Shown: positions 22,879-36,727, counted from the first letter of the stretch. The stretch: 62,634 nt of DNA from Spirogloea muscicola (GCA_009602725.1 WELB01000006.1:1268907-1331540), one strand, 5' to 3'. Notes: generated from the sequence alone by a model not told the origin. Program-made: numbers and translations.

Positions 22879-25800
22879 CTAGCAGTGGCCCTTCTGGCCA
22901 GGAGCCAGCGGCGCGCGCGGCGGCGAGGGCGGTTGACCAGCGCGTTTGGCGCGGCACCCGTGCTTGGGGTGCTTCGCGTGAGACGGGTTGTGCTTCAACT
23001 GGTAAGGCAGCGTCAGCACCACGGGCCGGCGCTGGATGCAGATGCCCTGCGGCGACGCTGCGCTGCTTGCCTGCGGCAGCGGTATCTGGTACACGAGGCC
23101 CTCGCTGCCGGGCTTGCGGTAGTTCACGGTTGCCAGATTGATGATCTTGCATGCGGAAGAAATAATGTCAGCTGCAAAGCCATTCAAAGAAGCAGAGCAA
23201 GACCATGACGATGGCCTGCAGGGTGCTTTCTGTGCAGCCGGGTGCCTAAGTAAATGAGATCTTTGAGAACGTCAAGTGCTTCTGGCTTCGAAACGAGCAT
23301 TGGTTCTCTGTCAGCGCATCTCATACTATCGCACCTGGATGAAGGAGGCGGTGCCAGTCGTAATGGGCGCATATGCCTTGCTGTTGGAGGAGAACACCGC
23401 CAGCCTGCCCACGCCATTAGCATCACTGCACGCGTTGAAGGAAACATTGCTGTCAGGTGTGCTCGCTGCCAGTTCCTGTTTGGTAAGGTTTACTGCCAAT
23501 CCTCTTTCAGCAGCAACCCTGCTTCTATTACCAAGCATTGAGCTCCACTTCATACGACCAGCATGGAGGCAGCAAGCAGTGACTGGAAAGGCTGAAAAAT
23601 CTTAAAGTTTAGGAATTGATTACATAGCCTCTTGCATGTACATGTGTATTGGGCGACAAGTGGGAGCAACACAACATATTCAAAATGTCGAAAGCAGTTG
23701 AGGACCTTCTAGCCTCTCAAAGGGTCAATAGCAGCGGCACACACACCTGCAGGTAACCTTGTCGCAGGGCAGCTTGAGGGTGCTGGAGGGCGTGCCAAGG
23801 CGGCCACTTTTCACGACGTAGGGGACAAAGACAACGCCGGCGGCTGTGCGCACGAGAACGTTGGAGCGTGCGAGGTCGAGGTCGATGGACACAAGCCCCG
23901 TGGGGCTGGGGCTCTCGATGGTGACCGTGGAGATGGCCACCAGTGTTGAGAGCTTGAAGCTCGTCACAGAGGCCTTATTGGACGCTATGGTCATCACAAG
24001 AGTGTCCGTGCAGGTCACCTGCTTGGCCGGCAGCGCAGTCTGCAGAAGCCAGAGAAATTGGTTCGTTAAGTATGATCACTATGTGACTGAAGTGATTGAT
24101 ACATGAGTGGAAGAGTTTAATCAGCTGCTGATGTCCGCCAGAGAGCAAATAACCCATGCCAATCACAGGTTGAGCATCGTGGAAAACCGCATGATATCAC
24201 TCATGCTTCTGATAAGCAGTCAGACAATGCTCACAGTCAAGCATGTCTTATATACCCATATTGCTCCATCGCGTATCTTGTCATAGATTGATCTCAAGAT
24301 GCTACCAAAGAGCACCCTTGATCCTTGCTGAGCAAAGCTTACAACAGGTTCAAGCTTGGCAGCATGGTGGCTGGTGGATTGCTGACATATACCTTGACAG
24401 CGCCCACTTGCACAAACTTTTGCACCTTTGTCGAGTTGTCGTAGGCGAATGACACCAAAGAAGCTGCGCAAAGACATGCCATCATATCAGCTGCATCCAA
24501 GTTTGACAAAGTAGTCAGCTGCCAAATACAGGCTTTACGAAGTCTCTTGTGCTGATTGTGAGATGGCTCAGGCTTCTCATAGACTAACGGCCTTTTCAGT
24601 CGGGGAGTGCAGTAACGCATACACGAAGACGCATCAATGGCGATCATCCGTGTGTCGGTGCAGAATTCCACCGATTTGCAGCTGAAGCCCTTGACGCCGG
24701 TAATCTTGCTGGCCAAGAGGGTCTGAAGAATGCCTCCAGCTGCAGATACGGGCCAAGGCAATTGTCAGCCTTGGTTAATGTTTTGTCGTGCCTTGACTAC
24801 ACTGATCCTGAGGGCGAGGCAGACGCCTTGAATAGCTCCATAAGAGTTACTTGTGACATTCAAGCTAATGCAGAGGCGCCCGCTAGCTCTGGCAAGCCAC
24901 AACTGAATGATCTACTCGCAATGAGGAGACTGAAAGGTATAAGTAGCTTACTTGTTGTGTCGATGACAACAATGTCGGCAGCAGTTTGCCCGCAGGCGGC
25001 AAGGTACCGCCCTGTGGGGCTGAGGCTGATGTCCTGTGGTCCGAACGGCAGGGAGAGGGACCCCTTGACGACAGGCCCGCCTGCGTTGGCAACGTTGATG
25101 AGAGCGATCTTCTTCTGGCTCGGCTGCGACACGTAGCCCGTGGTGCCAGCCAGGTTGATCTGGCACTGCAAGCATACCATGCACCAACGAGACCACCATC
25201 AGCAAGGTGATTAGCTGCTTCTGTGCGTTGCTTTCTAGCAGGCATGCAGTCTATGACAAGCCTGAACCTGCAGCGGGAAGATAATGTGTCAGGTAAGGGC
25301 ATGCACGCGAAGCGGTGCTGCTAGCGCCTGCCAACCTGTCCGTAAGCCACACCGAGTGTAAGCGGCCGGCTGCTGCCGGTGCCCACTAGTGTGTCCGTGA
25401 CTTCGTCAAACTGCCACACTCGCCCGTTGGGTGCCGACAGCAGCAGGCCGGGAGCTGTAAGCACGGCATGCACAGAGCCAGGATGACAAACTCGCTGTCA
25501 CGAGCTGAACGGCAGCTGCAGTGCATGCAACTGGGCGACCAGCATGGGCACAGATAAGATACATTGCAGAAAAGGTAGGGAACTATGCGCATCTTCTCAG
25601 CGGATAAGCTTGTGACGGCATGAGGGGTGGTGGGATGACACAGAGTGGCTGCTGATGTTCAGAGGCGGACGTGAAAGCCAGCCGAGCGCGAAAGTGAGTA
25701 GTCGTTGGCTACATGAGTGGAGCCTCAGACTGACTCAGGGTGCTTACAGTAACGCCGTGTCAGGAGAGAGGACATCAGATCAGCTGAGGCGAGAGGACGG

Positions 25801-25949
25801 AAACCCACTGAGAAAGGGGGTGGGGAGGGGGGGGTCCGTCCTGGTGCTCAACCTGGAGGAGGTGGTGGAGGGGGTGAGGAGGCAGCACAGGCGATGCCGA
25901 CCGCCGTCAGGACCAGCGCCAGGACCAGGGAGCTCCGAGCGGCAGCCAT
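22879..25949 (-). CDS. Putative secreted beta-propeller protein (YVTN/YncE-like)
   Basis: Signal-peptide-like MAAARSSLVLALVLTAVGIACA followed by poly-Pro. Spliced exons carry blade-like repeats (GTTGYVSQPSQKKIALIN; PQDISLSPTGRYLAACGQTAADIVVIDT; GRLAVFSSNSKAYA; SPQGICIQ). Phases were checked for the first three exons only; the fold call is inference. Confidence 0.65.
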
Positions 25950-26444
25950 GCTTCCGCGCTCACTGCAAGGCACAGAGCGCCTGGTCAGCAGGATGGCAAC
26001 GTGCTCTGGGCTTCAGTGAGCAACCGAGCATTGGGGAGCAGCCGGGCTGCCATTGTCAAGCGTGAGTCCTGCAAAGGGCTGAGGCCTCGAGCCCAAGCAA
26101 CGAGCTTGGCAGGAGAACCAGCACCACCGTCGCGGAGCTTGCTGAGAGTGCTGCACCCACACTGCCAATGGGCTGGTCTCGGCGGCAGGCCACGAGGAGC
26201 AGAGCGGGCTGTGGGATGCCTCACAAGGTGGGCGGCGACCCACCTGATCGCCGGCGCTCCGAGCGGCGCCGCCTGGGAGCTGCTGGCGGAGCTCGTCGTG
26301 GGCTGGCAGCGCCCGGATCCCGTCTCGGGGCTGCTGCGGGCGGCGGAGGAGTCCTGCAGGGGGGCCGCTGGGGGAGCAACGCCGCTGGGAGAGAGGGAGG
26401 TGGAGCTGGGTGAGGAATGTGGAGGGGGGGGGTTTGGCGCGGCC

Positions 26445-26842
26445 NNNNNNNNNNNNNNNNNNNNNNNNNNNNNNNNNNNNNNNNNNNNNNNNNNNNNNNN
26501 NNNNNNNNNNNNNNNNNNNNNNNNNNNNNNNNNNNNNNNNNNNNNNNNNNNNNNNNNNNNNNNNNNNNNNNNNNNNNNNNNNNNNNNNNNNNNNNNNNNN
26601 NNNNNNNNNNNNNNNNNNNNNNNNNNNNNNNNNNNNNNNNNNNNNNNNNNNNNNNNNNNNNNNNNNNNNNNNNNNNNNNNNNNNNNNNNNNNNNNNNNNN
26701 NNNNNNNNNNNNNNNNNNNNNNNNNNNNNNNNNNNNNNNNNNNNNNNNNNNNNNNNNNNNNNNNNNNNNNNNNNNNNNNNNNNNNNNNNNNNNNNNNNNN
26801 NNNNNNNNNNNNNNNNNNNNNNNNNNNNNNNNNNNNNNNNNN
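26445..26842. other. Assembly gap
   Basis: N run. Confidence 1.
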
Positions 26843-27044
26843 GGGCTGGCCAGGCCGGGGGCGACACCCCCCCCCAACGGGCCGCTGCCGGTCAACACCG
26901 CGGGAAAGGCGCGGCGCCCGACACGCGGCGCATCCAACGGCTCCAGCCGCCGCCGGCGCCCGCGCGCCGCCAGCCCGGCCTAACCCCGCCCCACCATTCC
27001 GGGCCCTGTCAGATTCTTTTCGGAGCCACTTCCCGTCATCCATT

Positions 27045-30000
27045 TCGGGCTGGCTTCTCACAAGAAGAGGAGGATGGGCTCGCCCATTGAGGATATGGGG
27101 CTGAGGGCTTCGTGTCTGCTTAGCTTCTGATTGTGCTTGTCTCCTCACAGCCCTCGCCACCTTGGGATGAACCAAGTGCTCGCCCATGGAAGAAGGCTCG
27201 CCCATAGAGAAAAAAGAAGAAAGGGGGGCTGGCTGTTCTTGTACTCTGTTCATTCTTTTTGGGCTGGCTGTTCCAGCCCATATTCTCAATGGGCGAGCCC
27301 TTCTTCTCCTTGGGCTGGCAAAGCCAGCCCAAAAAGAATGGACAATGTCCAAAGCCGAAGAATGAGATGCCGAGGAAGGACTCCTCTACTCTACCAATCA
27401 CGACAACAGAGAGAAGAGTGGGATGAGCTTTGGCTCTGTCCAGGGGACCCACTTCCAGGAGCCCAGCATCTCTGATCTGCGGCTGCTTAGCAGGGGTTAC
27501 TGAGTGTCTCGTAGCAGCTTTGTTTCTGTTACTTAGCGCTTCCCCTGGCCCCCTTCTCGTACTCTGTTCATTCTTTTTCGGGCTGGTTGTTCCAGCCCCT
27601 ATTCTCAATGGGCGAGCACTTTCTTCCAGGACCCTAGCCTCTCTGATTTGCGGCTGCTTAGCAGGGGTTACTGAGTAATTTGATGAGCTTACAGTTAGAA
27701 AATCGCAAGTGTGAGAGGCCAGGCCAAAGGGAAAAGCTAACTGTAACTGTAAGCTTTTCCCTTTGGCCTGGCCTCTCACACTTGCGATTTTCTTTCCCTC
27801 ACAGCCACACTGCTGACAATCTGGAAGCGCCGTTTCTTTCGTTCCCCTTTTCCTTATCCTCTTTCGCGGCGCTTGCGACGACGTACACGGGGGCCTACGG
27901 CAGTCGCTGGCTGGACCTCCTGCAGCGGCTTGCCCGGCAGGCCATCGATCGGCGGTCGGGTTAGCCAGGGCAGCGCTGCCCGGCTTCAACGCCGCCGGTT
28001 CGCTTGCACAAGTCTTCCGCATGCGCCTGGCGGTACTCTTCAACACTCCCTTGCCCACGCCATCCACACGCGAGCAGGCCGTGCTATGGCCGCCGCCTCT
28101 GGGTCTCGGCGGAGTGCCTCGTTCCCTGTAGCCAGCTATTGCGACCTGATGTTGCTCACTCGCGGTTACTGAGCTTCCCTTTGCATCGTCGTATGTTTTT
28201 TGCCGTGGTTTGTCGTCTAGTCCCATTTCGGCACCTCTTTCTTTGGCTTTGGACATTGTCCATTCTCTTTGGGATGGCTTTGCCAGCCCCTCTTCTCTAT
28301 GGGCAAGCACTTTCTTCTTTCTTCTGCCGGGCCTCAATGCTGCCGGCTCGCTGGCGCAGGTCTTCCGTATGCGGCTCTCCGTCTCTCTCCAGCGCTCCCT
28401 GGCTCACGCAGTCCACTCGCGAGCAGGCCGCGCCATGGCTGCTGGCTCTGGGTCTCGATGGAGTGCCTCTTTCCCAGCTGCGACTTACCGGACTTGCTGC
28501 TGCTCACTCGTGGGTACTGAGCTTCCATCTGCGGTCGTGTAGTGTCTAGCTGTGTGGGTTTTCTTTTCGGCACCCTTTTGCTCTTTGGACCTTGTCCTTA
28601 ACCTTGTCCTTTGTTGTGCTGGCCTTTCCCAGCCCTACCCTCTGTGGGCGAGCAATGTCTTTTCCTGGCCAAGCAGCTCCCCTGACACGCAGTGCACTTG
28701 CGGGCAGGCCGCGCTATAGCTGCTGCTTCTGGGTTCCGTGGGGGTGCCTTCTTTCCAGCAGAGCGAGCAGCCTGGCTTCAAGGCCGCCGGGTCGCTTGCT
28801 CAAGTGTTCAGAATGCGCCTGGCAATCTGCTTGCAGAGGTCCCTTGCCTTCGCCGTCCACTTGCGAGCAGGCCGCCTTGGCTGCTGCCTCCGGGTTCCAT
28901 CAGGGCGACACTTTCCGCCCTCTAGTTAATCAGACTTGCACCTACTGACTGAGGTTACTGAGAGCCCACTTCGCGAGTATTATCCTGCTTTTTTCCATCC
29001 GGCCCTTTCAAACCTTGTCCGTTCCTTTGGGCTGGCCTCTCACAGCCACCGCTGTCAATTTGTAAGAGCTGTTTTCATATCTTTGTAGCTGCAAGTTACT
29101 CCGACTTGCTGCTGCTGATTCGGGGTTAGTATACCCCATCCGCTGTAGTCTTTTGCATAAGAAAGGAAGTGGCTCTCCCAAAGGGGGCAAGGGCTGTGAA
29201 CAGCCAGCCCGAAAAGAATTGACAAGATCCGCACGGGCCAAAAGCGCTGTCTCAGAGCTTGGCGGAGAGGATGAGTCACTTAGTAACATCGAGTGAGGAG
29301 CCGCAAATCAGAAAACTAGCAGCTGGAAAGCAATCTCCCTGACGAAGCCAGAGGCCGCAGCGAGAGCACTGCCAGCACGCAGTGTGCAAGGCGTGGGCCA
29401 TCGACCGCTGGAGCTTGGAAGAGCTGTAGTCTTTTGCATAGCTGTGTGGTTTAGGCCCCTTTCGGCCCTTTGAACCCATCCATTCTTTCTGAGCTGTGTA
29501 CAGCCCCTGCCTTCTATTGTAAGACCTGTTGCTACATCGAAAGCACTGTATTTCTTTTCGTTCCAAGGTCTTCTTCGTCAAGAAAGAAAACAGCAATCCA
29601 AATGTAAGGCAATGGCTGTGAAAAATGTGCTCGCCCACAGAGAAGAGTGGCTGGCAAAGCCAGCCCAAAAAGAATGGATAATATCCAAAGCCAAAGAAAG
29701 AGGAGCCGAAAAAGAACTACACTACAGTCCATGCCTTTGGACTAGGACGAAGACATCAGCCAGAGGACGCTCAGTAACCTCTAGTCAGGAGTCTGTGAGA
29801 GGCCGGCCCAAAGCATTATACAAGGTCTGAAAGAAAGACTCTTCCAGTAGAGGGCGATGGCTGTGATTGTCCAGCCCAGAGGAAAGAATGGAAGAAGGGG
29901 CCGAAAGGTGCAAAAGAAAGGCACAAAACTACTCTCCATGACTCCTGCGACTGGTCGCTCAATAACCTCTGGTCAGAATGTGCAAGGGGACTATTTTTCG

Positions 30001-30150
30001 ACGGCTCCGCTTTTGGGCCCCTTTCTTTGTCTGTTCTCTCTTTTGGGCTGGCCTTTCCCAGCCCCTTTCCTGGTTCTGGACCAGAACAGATAGCCGTCGC
30101 TCGCCCTCTACTGGGTGCACCTTCTTTTTATTGTGGGCTGGCTTTCTACA
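27045..30150. mobile_element. Dense stack of 5'-truncated CRE-like retrotransposon 3' ends, mixed orientation
   Basis: Repeated VFRMRLAxSLQRS...AGRA.AAASG...LLTRGY* coding tails at about 27870-28172, 28335-28520 and 28770-28960. More than ten GGGCTGG..CAGCC hairpin UTRs ending in ATGGGCGAGCAC-TTC or related termini. Confidence 0.85.
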
Positions 30151-31467
30151 GTTCTCGCGCCCTTTGAAAAAGCGGTTTCGTATAGTTGATCTCTGTGCTC
30201 TATGTTTTCTTTGCAGCCAATACATGGTGTGCTCGTAAGTGCAACAAGGCCTGGCAGATCTACTGCCTTACTCCACCTTTTTCTGCTTTCAAACATGGCT
30301 GGTTTCGTGTGAGCTGCTCCGTGTCCCATGCAACTTCCCATCCTCTGGTAGGACCTGCCGTCAGGCGGAGGCGGAGAGCTTAGGTACCTAGAGGTTCCAC
30401 GGATCTGTGACATGTTACTTTCTGCTGTACCATGAATGGGCTACGATCGTCATGCTGTCACCATTAGCATGCCGTTCGTCTACCTCTCTAGTCAGTCTGG
30501 CCCACACGATACAGCTATACAGTTCCTTTTGTGGTGTGCTCGACTTGTGGTCTCTACATGTCGTGAGTTCCCTTTTAATCGGCTCAACACAGTCGTCTGG
30601 CAATCTGGCTCCATCCATGACAGGCCAAGCAAGGCCCTTCCAGAATTGGGAGGTTCAAGTGTGCGCAAGTATTTGCTCTCCAGACGTGCAGCTTGAGCTG
30701 ATACATTAATGGCGTAGTACTTACAGTTAGGTGCAGTTGAGGTGAACATGCTATGGGCTAGGCTGTTAGGCCTCAACAGACTGACGGTAGTACAAAAGCA
30801 TAGGACGCTAGCACAAAAGCATACTGCTCGACTCACTCCAGGCCCAGGCTTCGCTTTGTGCAATGCCAGACATGGGTCTCGATCAATCATTGCATTGCAA
30901 CTTCCATGAGCGAAGGATGACACCACTACTCAACTGATGCAATCCACACCAGATGCAGTCAGACCTAGACAGTGGTAATACTTGTAATGGGACAGGATGT
31001 GTGTGTGCCGCAAGGCCAATTTGCCTTATGCAAAAGAAGTTAGCACTTGTTGTCAGACATATGAGCGAGCTAGGTTACTACACTTGCACATGGCCACAAC
31101 AACATACCAGAGGATAAACTAAGTCAATTTAAACATTCCTCGACATCGAGCCAGGATACCCTTGACCCTGTTTATTTACATAATAAGGTACATGATCCAC
31201 TGCTGAAACTACAGGAGCAGCTTCAGTCATGCTCCTTGTGAGCAGACTTGACAGAGCAGAACCGCTCATCATACCTTGTATGCATGACACATGGGAGAAG
31301 ATGCAAATCCTTGTCTAAAGGCGTCAACTCTTCCTCCAATTACTATTGCTGGAACGTGTCTGTGCTAGTCAAGCTGAGCTTCTACCTTTCATGATCTCAC
31401 ACAATAGTCCCAATGTTAAATGTTAATGAGACTTTGTCAAAAATGAGGAGGCCAAATGCGGTCTCCT

Positions 31468-34400
31468 TCACAGCTCCTTGTCCTCCGCCTCCCCGCTGGC
31501 GTCTCCCACAGACGTCGTGGAAGCAGGGATTAAAAACAGGAAGAAGATGGGGAGCAAGGTGCAAGCTGCCTGAATGGCTACACCAACGGTCATATGTTCA
31601 AAATGGTTGCCATCAATATTGAGATAAGACGCCAGGCAAGCTCCAAGGTAACCGCTGGCGTTGCCTCCCAAATTGCTAGCTGACATAAAGACTGCAAAGA
31701 GGGTCCCCTCAATGCCAGGGGGGCAGAGCTGGGCAGAGAGGACCAAGAAAGGCATAAATCTGCACAACGGGTTTGGAGGCAGCAAGAAAACATGGTGTCA
31801 GGCGGAAACCTTGGGGGTGCAGATGTAGACCCCACTAAGAATTAAGCACAACATGCTGGCAGGACTTCGTGTGAATTCTGTCAGCAGAAACAGACGCAGC
31901 TGTATGCTCCAAGAGCCAGATTCTCTTTACAAATGATACAAGCAGGTATGGCTGGTGCCAATGCAGAAAGACTGAAGAGATAGGTTAGGGTGAAGGCACC
32001 CACTTAAATTGGTTCACTGCGTCACCAAAGGCAGATGCTCCGAGCACAAAGAGCTTGTCAGGAAGTCCTAACTTTAGATTTATCCGCGAGACCAACAGGG
32101 TGTCTGCCAAAGTCAACAGAGCCATGCCAATGTGTACCCACCTGAAGAGGCGGCACCAGCACTGAATGTCAATGTCCGATATCATGTCCAGCTTTGACTT
32201 TCATAAGCTGACCAAGCATACTTTGATTCTAGCAGACTGCTGCACTAAACTGCTGCACAGCTTGTTGCAAGTGGCATGCTGGGACCTGTGTAAGAGCACC
32301 GAGGTCAAAGACACAATCTGCTGCAACAATGGAGCAAGAGATAGCCAAACAGACGTACATGAAGATTTTCCTTAGTGAAACCTTCTTCAGGTGGCGGTTG
32401 TAAAGGATGGTTCCCAGCATGAGGCCTGCCCAGCCCACTACTCGCGCACTCCCAAGGAAATGAGCATCCAGCTTCAGGTGGTTGGTCTGGAAGTAGAACA
32501 TCATCGTTCCCAGGCTTGGAATGCAGGCACTCGACGCCATGAACCACAAGAGAGGCCTGCAATGCAATTTGTCTTAGTGATGTGCCTCCTGCTTCTGCAG
32601 TAATGCCAGAAGGCAAGGTTGTGGATCGGAACGTGAACCACGACCTTAACGGCAAGACCATCCGATAGTGGTAAGCCCAAAGCCGTCTACACAACATGGA
32701 CAGTATCATAGCTCACTGCTCACTGTGTGGAATGAACTCAGGGCAACGTTAGAAGTTATTCTCACCCAAGGATGCGCGGCTGACGCACTGCATGCCATAT
32801 GGCCACTGCTGTGCGTCTGAGCTGTCCCCGTCTCGAGGTCTCCTTTGCTCTGCCGTCAGTGTTCAGCTTGACCTCGCTATGTACCACCGAGTTTTTGTCC
32901 TTCAGCCTCTTTGTGCTGCCTCGCCTCTGCTTAGCGAAGCCGTTCTCCGGACCCTTGCCATTGGGTTCATGACCATTGTGAGCAGCAGACTTCTTGTGAG
33001 CAGCGCTCTTGGCATCATCTTCTTCCTCCTCCCTGACCTGCACCGCCCCATTGGTATCTGCATGCCCCTCTGACGTGCTTTGCACCAGGGAGGGCATGGA
33101 GCTGTCCTGAGCTACAGAGGCGTTGCAAGAGTCCGCCGGAACTCTTCTGTGGCTTGTCGAGCCAGCTGTGCGCATCTTCTTGGCAAGCGCTGCCTTGCCC
33201 TGGCCCAGCGACTTCTCGTCGAGCCAGCAGCAAGCTACTAACTGGACCAGCGGAAAGAGGGCAAAGACTCCAAAGATGCCCTGAGCCTTCAGGGCATGCA
33301 AGGCAGGGCCGCCTGTCAAGCTCCCTGCCACACCTCCGACTGCCATGGCAAACCACGAGAGTGACTGGAGGTCCCCAGCAAACTCGGCCCTGCAATAGCA
33401 GGCCACTTGCTGTTACTTTCTCCACTCCGACCCCAAAGCCAACATGTGCATACGAGTCAGTTTCAGGGGGCTCAAGTCAGCGCAATCTTGCCAGCCAGAC
33501 CAGATAATAGTGACATCAGTAGTCCATACTCCGAGTGTATGCATAAGTTACGAGCACGACCAAGCATAAGTCTCCTGCCATGCACTTTCTGGCTATAGAG
33601 GAGCACGGGGTGAAAGGTCATAGTAGGAGCGCACCTCTCTTTTCTGGCAATTTCAGCAACCATGGCATCCACAACCACGTCTGCCAGCGCTGACCCGACG
33701 TTTTGGGCTGTGAGCAGGGCTGTGAAAGTTGCGGCTGACGCTGTGGCTTGAGGTATGAACGCCAGCAAGCACCAGGTGGCAAGCGACAGGATGCTGGAGA
33801 TGATCAAGTACGGGACTCTTCGCCCGCCTCGAATATAGACACAGTCGGAAATCATTCTGCATAGGCAGAGCACAGTAGTAGTCAGATTTTGTGTTTTACC
33901 TGTTGTTTGTGTCATCTCAATAGCAAGCCCAAACGGAACTCGAATCTGAGCTTTGCACTACAAGAATTCAGGTAACTGGCAGTCAAGTCTGTACTTGAAT
34001 GTCAAGCAAGGGCCTGCTCTCCTGCCCTTGCAGGACTTGCACTCTATGCACTCGGAGAAATCAGCTTGTGAAGTAGGCCGTTACCCATAGACAGGCTTTA
34101 TGCTCCATGGCATAAAAGCCGTGGAAGTCAAGAGCTGGGACGCGGAAGGGCTCAGCTTCAGCTCATCTTTGATCAGGAACGAAATGCCAGTCCAAGGAAA
34201 CGACCGGAAGCCCTGCAATGACGCCACCCCGAGTGTCACTTCTGATATGAATTATCCGAAAGGCAGTGGATGCCATGTATGCGGCCCCATACACAGGTGT
34301 ACAGGCATGGATACTTCGAGCTACCAGGACGAGCGAAACTCGTCGAAGGCGTTGACAGAGCTGCGGCACAATCCTAAATAACCCACTGAAGGGGACTATG

Positions 34401-34550
34401 GCCCAGGAACTACAAAGCAAGGGAGGCAGACTGTCCTGCAATTGCCGAGCGGAACGAGTCCACTACCTGAGTCCAGTACACGCAGACGATGAGGAGGATG
34501 AAGGAGCCGCCGAAGTTGGCAACCAGCCGCTGCAGCCACGCTCGCAGCAT
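31468..34550 (-). CDS. Folate/biopterin transporter (BT1/FBT family, FBT4-like MFS)
   Basis: Exons read MLRAWLQRLVANFGGSFILLIVCVYWTQ, GFRSFPWTG...PWSIKPVYG, ISDCVYIRGGRRVPYL...ADVVVDAMVAE, AEFAGDLQSLSW, and FMPFLVLSAQLCPPGIEGTLFAVFMS. Confidence 0.92.
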
Positions 34551-34861
34551 CCTCGGCTGCCGGGACTGGCGACACAGCCGCCGCTGGCACCGCTCCGAGT
34601 GCGGATCCCAGAGCCTGCCCGCTGGAGCTGCGCTGCTGGACCGCCGGCGACTGCCGCCGGTCAGGCCGCCGTCCTCGATCCTCGGCTGTCGGCCTTACGG
34701 TGCATCAGAGAGGTGTCGACCCTGAGCGCCTCAATCCGGAAGCCAGCTGGTGCTTATGTGCGCTCGAAACCCCAGCCGGCGGGCGGCTGCCGGGCGGGCC
34801 CGCCGGCCCGATGCCAGGCAGAGCCGACTTGGCGCCGCCGCGGCCGCCAAGGCGCCGCCGC

Positions 34862-35282
34862 NNNNNNNNNNNNNNNNNNNNNNNNNNNNNNNNNNNNNNN
34901 NNNNNNNNNNNNNNNNNNNNNNNNNNNNNNNNNNNNNNNNNNNNNNNNNNNNNNNNNNNNNNNNNNNNNNNNNNNNNNNNNNNNNNNNNNNNNNNNNNNN
35001 NNNNNNNNNNNNNNNNNNNNNNNNNNNNNNNNNNNNNNNNNNNNNNNNNNNNNNNNNNNNNNNNNNNNNNNNNNNNNNNNNNNNNNNNNNNNNNNNNNNN
35101 NNNNNNNNNNNNNNNNNNNNNNNNNNNNNNNNNNNNNNNNNNNNNNNNNNNNNNNNNNNNNNNNNNNNNNNNNNNNNNNNNNNNNNNNNNNNNNNNNNNN
35201 NNNNNNNNNNNNNNNNNNNNNNNNNNNNNNNNNNNNNNNNNNNNNNNNNNNNNNNNNNNNNNNNNNNNNNNNNNNNNNNNNN
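34862..35282. other. Assembly gap
   Basis: N run. Confidence 1.
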
Positions 35283-35997
35283 GTGAGCGCACGGGCTCCC
35301 ACAACCTCCTACGTGACGCCATGTATGGCATCGTCAAGGAGGCGGGATATCAAGTGGCGTTGGAGAGCACCGGGGTGATGCCCGTCCAGCTCCGCAATGG
35401 GGTCCCTCGGACGAGGCGTGTCGATCTGGTTGGCGTCCCCCTGGGAGGTGGCAAGCGGCTCCTCATGGACGTCGTCCTAACCGACAGCTTCCGGACGAAG
35501 GGCCCCATTACTTCTGAGACCGGCTATGCTGTGAAGGTGGCCGAACGGAAGAAGTTGAACAAGTACAAGGACCACCCGGCGGGTGATACCTTTTACCCCC
35601 TGGCCATGGACATCCACGGGTGTTACGGGGGTCAGTGGTCCTCGTTACTTTCGCTGCTGGCCTCTCAAGCTGACCAGCGGCGCCGGGAACGGGGTGCAGC
35701 CCTTCCCGGTGGCTCGGTGCCTTTGGGTCTTGTGTCCTGCTACCGTATGCGCTTGTCTATGTCCCTACAGTGGTCCCAGGCGATTGCTTTGCATCGCCGG
35801 GCTGGTCGCGCCCTTGCAGCAGCCTCTGGTTTGCGCAGCGGGGTTGCTCTTCCTCCCCTCAGCTCATCTGACTTCCTACTGCTGACTCGGGGGTATTGAG
35901 GGCGCCCTGTCTGCCTAGCCTACGGCTCCGTCATGAACACCTGTATGCATCTGGCTGGCAGTGTACAGCCGATTTATAAATATCAGCAGCCGCTTGA
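35283..35997 (+). mobile_element. CRE-like non-LTR element 3' part: restriction-like endonuclease domain plus 3' UTR
   Basis: Open frame HNLLRD...RRVDLV...LLMDVVLTD...AERKKLNKY...FYPLAMDIHG...RMRLSMSLQ...LLTRGY* (stop at 35899). The UTR contains GGCTG-gcagtgta-CAGCC. Confidence 0.85.
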
Positions 35998-36715
35998 TAT
36001 CAGCCACCACCTGCTCCATGGTGCGGATGCCGTGAGCTTGGAACCGCCGGCTGATGGGTGCGGCGACCTGGGCCCAGCTGCCCAGGTAGGCGGCCTCGCA
36101 GACGCGGGCGACTGGGCGGCAGCCCAGACCGCCGCGACTGACAGGCAGGCTAGTCTGGAGCATCGCGGCTGGTGTGGTGAGGAAGCCGGGGTGTTGCAGG
36201 AGAGAGGCCGCGCTCGCCAGAACGCCGGAGTCAAAAGCGGCGTACGCCGCCTTCACCGCCGGGGAGGGAGGGAGGACGCGGGCCAGGTAATGCAGACGGT
36301 GGGCAATGCACCTGGTCAGCATGGCGGTCGCCAGCTGCATGTCTTGCAGCGTGTGGAGGCGGTCCGCCGGCCGGAGTTGTTCCTGCAGTCGCACCTGGAG
36401 CTGCTCCACCACAAAGGCTGGGGAGCCTATGGGAGCGCCGAGGAGGATGAAGCCCCCAGCTGGTGTCTGACAGCCCGAGGGCAGGCGCAGGAGGGCTGGC
36501 AGGCCCTGGGGAGACCAAAGCGCTGCACTTGGCTGCGCGGATGCCCAAGCCGATCGCACCCAGCTGCACTTTGAAGGTGTCAAACGCTGCCACGACGTCC
36601 TCTGGCGGCCCCACCAGCGTTGTCGTCAGCGTACGTGGGGGCGTGGACGCCCGGGTGAGCCGCGACCGTGGCCAGCAGCGCACGGTTGTGAGCCAGTGCG
36701 TAGTAGAGCCAGCAG
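35998..36715 (-). mobile_element. Degenerate CRE-like reverse transcriptase fragment
   Basis: HAPTYADD near 36620-36645, frameshifts, then GFILLGAPIG and LPVSRGGLG..AAYLGSW. Homologous to 46597-47985. Confidence 0.85.
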
Positions 36716-36727
36716 AGGGAACTGCCA

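Noticed and set aside
25985..27352. Long ORFs spanning the 26.4-26.8 kb gap
   Set aside because: Lengths are inflated by N runs and high GC, and there are no domain motifs.
27530..27625. 3' UTR as an HDV-like or hammerhead ribozyme (AATGGGCGAG resembles the HDV 3' segment)
   Set aside because: I could not build the nested pseudoknot or find a CUGANGA/GAAA core by hand. A descriptor search would be needed.
27120..28337. 405-aa minus-strand ORF
   Set aside because: Antisense read-through of stacked retroelement 3' fragments.
27045..30150. Repeated hairpins resembling a CRISPR or REP array
   Set aside because: Irregular spacing, mixed orientation, eukaryotic context, no cas genes, and the hairpins are attached to retroelement coding tails.
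30250..30930. Short ORFs right of the repeat pile
   Set aside because: Unrecognised; may be decayed element sequence.
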